Below are positions 59,590 to 64,000 of a stretch of 64,000 bases of DNA, piece by piece (within the stretch, counting starts at the first letter, position 1; each line of letters opens with the position of its first letter). Under the pieces are notes generated by a model. That model was not told the DNA's origin, ran no database searches, and saw only the letters and a program-made list of their open reading frames with translations. Origin of the DNA: Patescibacteria group bacterium (GTDB lineage: Bacteria > Patescibacteriota > Microgenomatia > JAMCZE01); the NCBI GenBank assembly GCA_023485845.1, contig JAMCZE010000004.1:1358-65357 (forward strand), in the 5' to 3' direction. The translations under genes and the position numbers were made by a program.

Positions 59590-60560
59590 AATATAAATTT
59601 ATCTTCGGGAATGCGCCGGAGCTGGCCCAAGCGGAACTGGAAGCTGTCAATCCAAAAGACAGTGACGATCCTCAAAAATCAATTAATCTGCTTGGCGGAA
59701 CGGTTAAGATTGTCCAGATTCTCCCACCGGATATTAAACTCTCGGAAGTGATTACGGGCGACTTTGGGGTTTCTGATTTAACCGGCAAGATCAACATCAC
59801 CAAACTTTGTAAGGATCTTAAAAACGAGACTAAACAGCGCTTTGTCCTGCCAAAACGGGGTGAAAGGCAGCTTTCCAGCGTGGTGGTGGCCAAACAGAAG
59901 CTGACAGAGCTAATAATCGGTGACGGCTGGACCGGCAAAACGGTGGCGGTTCAGGATTTTGAACAATGGAACCGGCGGGATTATGGCCGGCCGGCGGTGG
60001 AAGCTCACATTGGCATGCTGCCGCCAAAAGTGGCCCGGATGATGGTCAACCTCACAAATTCAAAAATCAAAAATCAAAGTGCAAAAGTCACAATTTTGGA
60101 TCCGTTTTGCGGAGTGGGGACAATTTTGTCAGAGGCGATGATGGTTGGTGCTGGAGTGATTGGTTCAGATAAAGACATCAAACAGGTTGAACGGTCAAAA
60201 AATAATCTTGAGTGGTTATCTATAACCTATCAACTAGAACCCAGCCGCTTTCAATTGCATGTGGCTGATGCCCGGAAAGTCAGCAAAGTTCTGCTGGCCG
60301 ACAGCGTTGACGCGATTGTGACGGAGCCGTTTTTGGGACCCGCGAATAACCAGATTTTAGAAAGCCTCTATTATGACAGTTTGCAAGATTGGCTAAAAGT
60401 CCTTCAGCCCGGCGGCCAGGTGGTGATTGCCCTGCCATTTTTCATGGTTGACAAAGAAAAACTTATGGGCTATAGTTTCCTTGGTGGACCATATCCATAT
60501 TTTCGTCCACAAGCAAAGATAAGAAGGTATATATGGCACATACAAAAGCTTCCGGCGTAA
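59586..60560 (+). CDS. SAM-dependent RNA methyltransferase (Trm11/UPF0020-like)
   Basis: RRDYGRP, GMLPPKVARMMVNL, ILDPFCGVGT, IVTEPFLGP. Confidence 0.8.
   Translation: MKYKFIFGNAPELAQAELEAVNPKDSDDPQKSINLLGGTVKIVQILPPDIKLSEVITGDFGVSDLTGKINITKLCKDLKNETKQRFVLPKRGERQLSSVVVAKQKLTELIIGDGWTGKTVAVQDFEQWNRRDYGRPAVEAHIGMLPPKVARMMVNLTNSKIKNQSAKVTILDPFCGVGTILSEAMMVGAGVIGSDKDIKQVERSKNNLEWLSITYQLEPSRFQLHVADARKVSKVLLADSVDAIVTEPFLGPANNQILESLYYDSLQDWLKVLQPGGQVVIALPFFMVDKEKLMGYSFLGGPYPYFRPQAKIRRYIWHIQKLPA
60059..60093. repeat. Degenerate heptamer array inside the methyltransferase
   Basis: TTCAAAA ATCAAAA ATCAAAG TGCAAAA GTCACAA (SKIKNQSAKVT). Confidence 0.75.
60448..60476 (+). promoter_or_regulatory. Internal promoter, probably for rpmA
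   Basis: TTGACA-17-TATAGT inside the methyltransferase 3' end. Confidence 0.6.
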
Positions 60561-60778
60561 CCAAGGGTAACCGAGATTCCATTGCCAAACGGCTTGGGGT
60601 TAAGGTATACGCGGGGCAAAGGGTTTCCCCAGGGGGCATTATTGTGCGCCAGCGGGGAACAAAGTTTAATGCCGGGGTCGGCACCAAGCTGGGAGCGGAC
60701 GACACGCTTTATGCAATGACTGATGGGGTGGTTAATTTTTCCCAAAAGTTGGGCAAGAAATTCATTCATGTCCGATAG
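60533..60778 (+). CDS. rpmA: 50S ribosomal protein L27
   Basis: MAHTKA, RDS.AKRLGVK, IIVRQRGT. Confidence 0.97.
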   Translation: MAHTKASGVTKGNRDSIAKRLGVKVYAGQRVSPGGIIVRQRGTKFNAGVGTKLGADDTLYAMTDGVVNFSQKLGKKFIHVR

Positions 60779-61607
60779 CGACCAGATCACCTATCTTGAT
60801 ATTAATAATCTTCAGTCTAATCCGCTGCAGCCGCGGGGACTGATCACGCCCGAATCATTGGTTGATTTGGTTGACTCCATTCGGGAACATGGCATTTTGG
60901 AGCCGCTGGTGGTGGCGGAAACGCCGGCCGGCTATCAACTGATTGCCGGAGAACGGCGCTGGCGGGCCTCAAAAATTGTCGGGCTGACCCAAGTGCCATG
61001 CATTATTAAGAAAACCTCACATCGGGGCATGCTGGAGATGGCCCTGGTGGAAAACGTGCAACGAGTGGACCTTAATCCGCTAGAGCGGGCGCAAGGCTTC
61101 AAGCGGATGATGGACGAGTTCGGACTGGGGACGGCGGAAATTGCCCAGCGAATTGGCAAATCCCAGGCTTATGTGAGTAATTCATTGCGGCTCTTAACTT
61201 TACCCGATGCCCTTAAAGACGCGCTGTTGTCGGGGATCGTCACCGAGGGTCACATCCGAGCGCTGGCGGGGATTGAGGATCCCAACGAAATGGTGGAAGC
61301 CCTGCGCCAGATTCTGCGCGAGGGGGGCAGTGTTCGCCGGGCGGAAGAGTTGTCTCGGGAGTATAAAGCCAAAGCGCCGGATAACGGCAAAGACAAACCA
61401 ATGGTGGCCCGGGTGCACAGCGAGGAAATGGTGGAAATTGAAAAAGAACTTTCCGGCCGGTTGGCGGCCAAAGTGAAGATTACTCAGTCAATGCGGGAAG
61501 CCAGCATTAGACTGGTGGTCAAGGGCGGGCTGGAGAAAACCACCGATTTCATCCGCCGTGTCGACGACATCTTCAAAACCTCCTTCCCCGAATCAGCGAC
61601 TGTTTAA
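60768..61607 (+). CDS. parB: ParB/Spo0J partition protein
   Basis: NPLQPR, LIAGERRWRA, ALVENVQR.DLNPLE, HTH. Confidence 0.93.
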   Translation: MSDSDQITYLDINNLQSNPLQPRGLITPESLVDLVDSIREHGILEPLVVAETPAGYQLIAGERRWRASKIVGLTQVPCIIKKTSHRGMLEMALVENVQRVDLNPLERAQGFKRMMDEFGLGTAEIAQRIGKSQAYVSNSLRLLTLPDALKDALLSGIVTEGHIRALAGIEDPNEMVEALRQILREGGSVRRAEELSREYKAKAPDNGKDKPMVARVHSEEMVEIEKELSGRLAAKVKITQSMREASIRLVVKGGLEKTTDFIRRVDDIFKTSFPESATV

Positions 61608-62152
61608 ATCTTCCCGAACCTATCCAGGGGCCAGTAGCGAAAGAAGACTTTGCCGATGAAGGCATCGGGCGTGACGGGTCCAAAATCCCGGGAATCACTG
61701 GAATGGGGGCGGTTGTCGCCCATCACGAACACGTGTCCCGGTGGGACGGTGATTTCCTGATTTTCTTGCAAATAGGATTCTGGTCCGGTGTAGACAGACG
61801 GATCCAGATAGGCACTCTCGTCTAAGAGTTTGCCGTTAAGATAGACTTTTCCGCCGGAAATTTTGATGGTGTCGCCGGCCAAACCAATAATTCTCTTAAT
61901 AAAATCCACATCCTGGTTCTGGGGAGATTTGAAAACAACGATATCGTCGCGCGCCGGCACGCCAAAGCGGTAGGAAATTTTGTCGGTTAGAATATATTCC
62001 CCATCATGAAAAGTGGGCTCCATCGAATGGCCTTTAACCTGGTTTGGCTGGAAAAGGAAGAGGTAGACAACAACAAAAATCGCCAGCGCGAAAACGATGG
62101 CTTCAATAAATTCCCAGAAAACCCCAAAAACGTTCTTAAGTGTCTCCAACAC
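61604..62152 (-). CDS. lepB: Signal peptidase I
   Basis: GHSMEPT, FIKRIIG, GDNRPHSSDSR. Confidence 0.95.
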   Translation of the reverse strand: MLETLKNVFGVFWEFIEAIVFALAIFVVVYLFLFQPNQVKGHSMEPTFHDGEYILTDKISYRFGVPARDDIVVFKSPQNQDVDFIKRIIGLAGDTIKISGGKVYLNGKLLDESAYLDPSVYTGPESYLQENQEITVPPGHVFVMGDNRPHSSDSRDFGPVTPDAFIGKVFFRYWPLDRFGKI

Positions 62153-62195
62153 AACAATTAGTTTAAGAGTAAATTAGATTGTCCGCAATAGGGAG

Positions 62196-62390
62196 TTATG
62201 CTGTTTTCTCCTTTTCCCACACAAAGATAGTGGCCCCAGTATTGCTAAGAGATTTTGAGACTTGTAATAAAAATTCTTCTAAGCCTTCGGCACTTAATGG
62301 ATCCATTTTCTCATAAGCCTCCTTAAGGCCTGCAGTTTTATTAATGTCCACGGTATGTATTTCTGGATGTTCGATATATCCTTGGGTCAT
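62196..62390 (-). CDS. Small hypothetical protein
   Basis: 64 aa ORF between the tRNA and lepB. Confidence 0.4.
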   Translation of the reverse strand: MTQGYIEHPEIHTVDINKTAGLKEAYEKMDPLSAEGLEEFLLQVSKSLSNTGATIFVWEKEKTA

Positions 62391-62412
62391 ATTTTTATCT
62401 TCTATAGTTTCT

Positions 62413-62487
62413 TGGTGGACTCGGAAGGTGCCGCCCCTTCTGCCTCTCGAATGTGAATCGAGCGTTCTGCTGGTGAACTACGAGTCC
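62413..62487 (-). tRNA. tRNA-Val (anticodon CAC), non-canonical D/T loops
   Basis: GGACTCG TA GTTC ACCAGCA GAAC G CTCGA TTCACAT TCGAG AGGCA GAAGG GGCGGCA CCTTC CGAGTCC A CCA; all four stems pair; encoded CCA. Confidence 0.9.
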
Positions 62488-62502
62488 GACTGCCATATTA
62501 TA

Positions 62503-63507
62503 TCAAGTTACTGACTCAATGACTCCTAGAACCTCTTTAGCGAATTTTTCCCAGGAGAAAAGTTTGGCGCGGGAGAGAGAGCGAGAACGCAGGCGAATGG
62601 TAAGTTTGGGATCAAGCATCTTTTCCATGGCGACAGCGATTTCGTTAACGTTCAAGGGATTAACGAGAAGACCGGCGTCACCGACCACTTCCGGTTCTGC
62701 CCCGTTTTTCCCCGCCACTGCGGGGCAACCGCAGGTCATCGCCTCAACTAAGGTTAATCCGAAGCCTTCAAATAATGAGGGCGAAACAAAGGCAGCGGCG
62801 TGGCTATAAAGGGCCGGCAGGTCTGTGTCGGAAACAAACCCCAGATTGATAACATCGGGGGTTTTTTTGATAGCCCGATCCGGCCAAAAGTCACTGCCGG
62901 CCAGGACTAATTTATAGCTAGGATGGCGTCGGTGAAACTTTTTGAAGGCGGCGATTATCCGGGGGACATTTTTGGTTTTTTTGAGGGAACCAATAAAAAG
63001 AAAATACTGGCCGGCAGTAATGCGTCGGCGGACTGGCTTAAAGATTGGATCCACTCCCTCATAGGCCACGGTGATTTTCTCCGGCGGTACCTGATAGATT
63101 TTAGTTAGCTGATTCTTAGTAAAAGTCGAAACCGCGATAATTTTTGTAGCCTTTGCGGCCGCTTGGCGGCTGATGCTTTGAATTCGTTGGGGATTAACAT
63201 AGTGCTGCGGGTATGTTTCAAACCCAAGATCATGAAAGATAACCACCGATGGACAAGGACAAAACACCGGCAAAGCTTGGCTAATACCTAAAAAAACATC
63301 CGGTCGGCGCCAAAGAAGGCTTAGGGGTAGTTCAAGATAGCGCCAAGCAAAAGACGGCCGGTCGTAAAGTCGGTACGTGTTTTTGCGGTCTAGCTGCTGC
63401 AACTGTCCCAGCAAATTTTTAGCCACACGATAGACGCCGACTTTTAATCGGTCGTCGGAAACGTTCAGGGGAGCAGCGTCAACGGCGATAGTCTTTGATT
63501 GCGTCAT
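62503..63507 (-). CDS. GT4 glycosyltransferase
   Basis: KTKN, SPSLFEGFGLTLVEAMTCG. Confidence 0.92.
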   Translation of the reverse strand: MTQSKTIAVDAAPLNVSDDRLKVGVYRVAKNLLGQLQQLDRKNTYRLYDRPSFAWRYLELPLSLLWRRPDVFLGISQALPVFCPCPSVVIFHDLGFETYPQHYVNPQRIQSISRQAAAKATKIIAVSTFTKNQLTKIYQVPPEKITVAYEGVDPIFKPVRRRITAGQYFLFIGSLKKTKNVPRIIAAFKKFHRRHPSYKLVLAGSDFWPDRAIKKTPDVINLGFVSDTDLPALYSHAAAFVSPSLFEGFGLTLVEAMTCGCPAVAGKNGAEPEVVGDAGLLVNPLNVNEIAVAMEKMLDPKLTIRLRSRSLSRAKLFSWEKFAKEVLGVIESVT

Positions 63508-64000
63508 AAATACCAATAAATGGCATGGTCATCGATCGGCGGCTGACTTCCCGGCCGAAGCCAAACATGCACCGGGCAAACCACTGCCAGTGGACCAGCC
63601 AAAACACCGGCAGCCAAAACCAATTTAAATGCTTAAGGGCGAAATACATTTCATTATGGAAAAAATCATGCTGCCACTGCATCCGGTTGTCTTTTCTGGC
63701 TCCGCCGGTGGCGGCCCGGACATGGATGATTTTTGCTTTAGGGTCAAAGATAATCTTGCCGCCGGCGGTAACCAACCGGCGCGCCATATCCGTTTCTTCC
63801 CGAAGGCCATTGCCGATGTAGTGCTCATCAAAACCACCGATTGCCAACAAAGCCTGCTTTCGCACCGACATGTTGCAGCCGATCAGGTTTTTAATTTCCT
63901 GACGAATTTTTGAATCATAGCCTCCGGCCACGGTTCCCCAAGGAGTGATTTTGCCCACCGTTCGGCAATTTAACGCCGGCTTTTGCCCGGGAGTGATCAC
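63479..64000 (-). CDS. GT2 glycosyltransferase (C-terminal part; 5' end outside window)
   Basis: GCNMS.RK....IGGFDE, REETD motifs. Confidence 0.85.
   Translation of the reverse strand: MITPGQKPALNCRTVGKITPWGTVAGGYDSKIRQEIKNLIGCNMSVRKQALLAIGGFDEHYIGNGLREETDMARRLVTAGGKIIFDPKAKIIHVRAATGGARKDNRMQWQHDFFHNEMYFALKHLNWFWLPVFWLVHWQWFARCMFGFGREVSRRSMTMPFIGIYDAIKDYRR

Noticed and set aside
1-64000. CRISPR array, rRNA, integrase/transposase, prophage or reverse transcriptase
   Set aside because: No spaced 25-45-bp repeats and no ORF with the relevant motifs were seen; the tandem arrays found have 7-8-bp units without spacers.
1-64000. TGA recoding (code 25, as in Gracilibacteria/Absconditabacteria)
   Set aside because: Conserved genes (rsmH, murG, ftsZ, ileS, rplU) end at TGA at expected positions and are not interrupted.

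Overview
A gene-dense bacterial chromosome segment using the standard code (TGA is a stop). Gene content suggests a CPR/Patescibacteria genome, probably Microgenomates: alpha2-type GlyRS, type-2 IleRS, DUF4012, many GT-C-like proteins and very short or overlapping gene junctions. This taxonomy is inference. Layout: (1) 1-32.4 kb is a large surface-glycan locus with GT4, GT2, about 9 GT-C-like membrane proteins, a flippase, an acyltransferase, a priming sugar transferase, an O-antigen-ligase/GT-C fusion and DUF4012. (2) 32.4-38.7 kb holds recO, a patch of orphan genes and glyQS. (3) 38.8-55 kb is the dcw cluster (mraZ to ftsZ), interrupted by hicBA and small ORFs. (4) 55-64 kb holds ileS, rodA, rplU, a methyltransferase, rpmA, parB, lepB, a non-canonical tRNA-Val(CAC) and two more glycosyltransferases. 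The most striking signal is four separate cassettes, each pairing a small predicted nuclease gene with a small RNA unit. Two proteins are DUF3800/RNase H-like and two are NYN. Each RNA unit has its own TTGACA-N17-(-10) promoter, is 45-90 nt, structured, and ends in a hairpin plus U-tract. Each cassette sits at the start codon of a host gene, and one has a 30-bp degenerate duplication of the glyQS 5' end. These look like mobile protein-plus-RNA (type III toxin-antitoxin-like) modules. Other notable signals are in-frame 7/8-mer arrays and REP-like palindromes inside conserved genes, widespread leaderless-type -10 boxes, a tRNA with a rewired elbow, MurA Cys-to-Asp and IleRS GVHH/PMHKS motifs.
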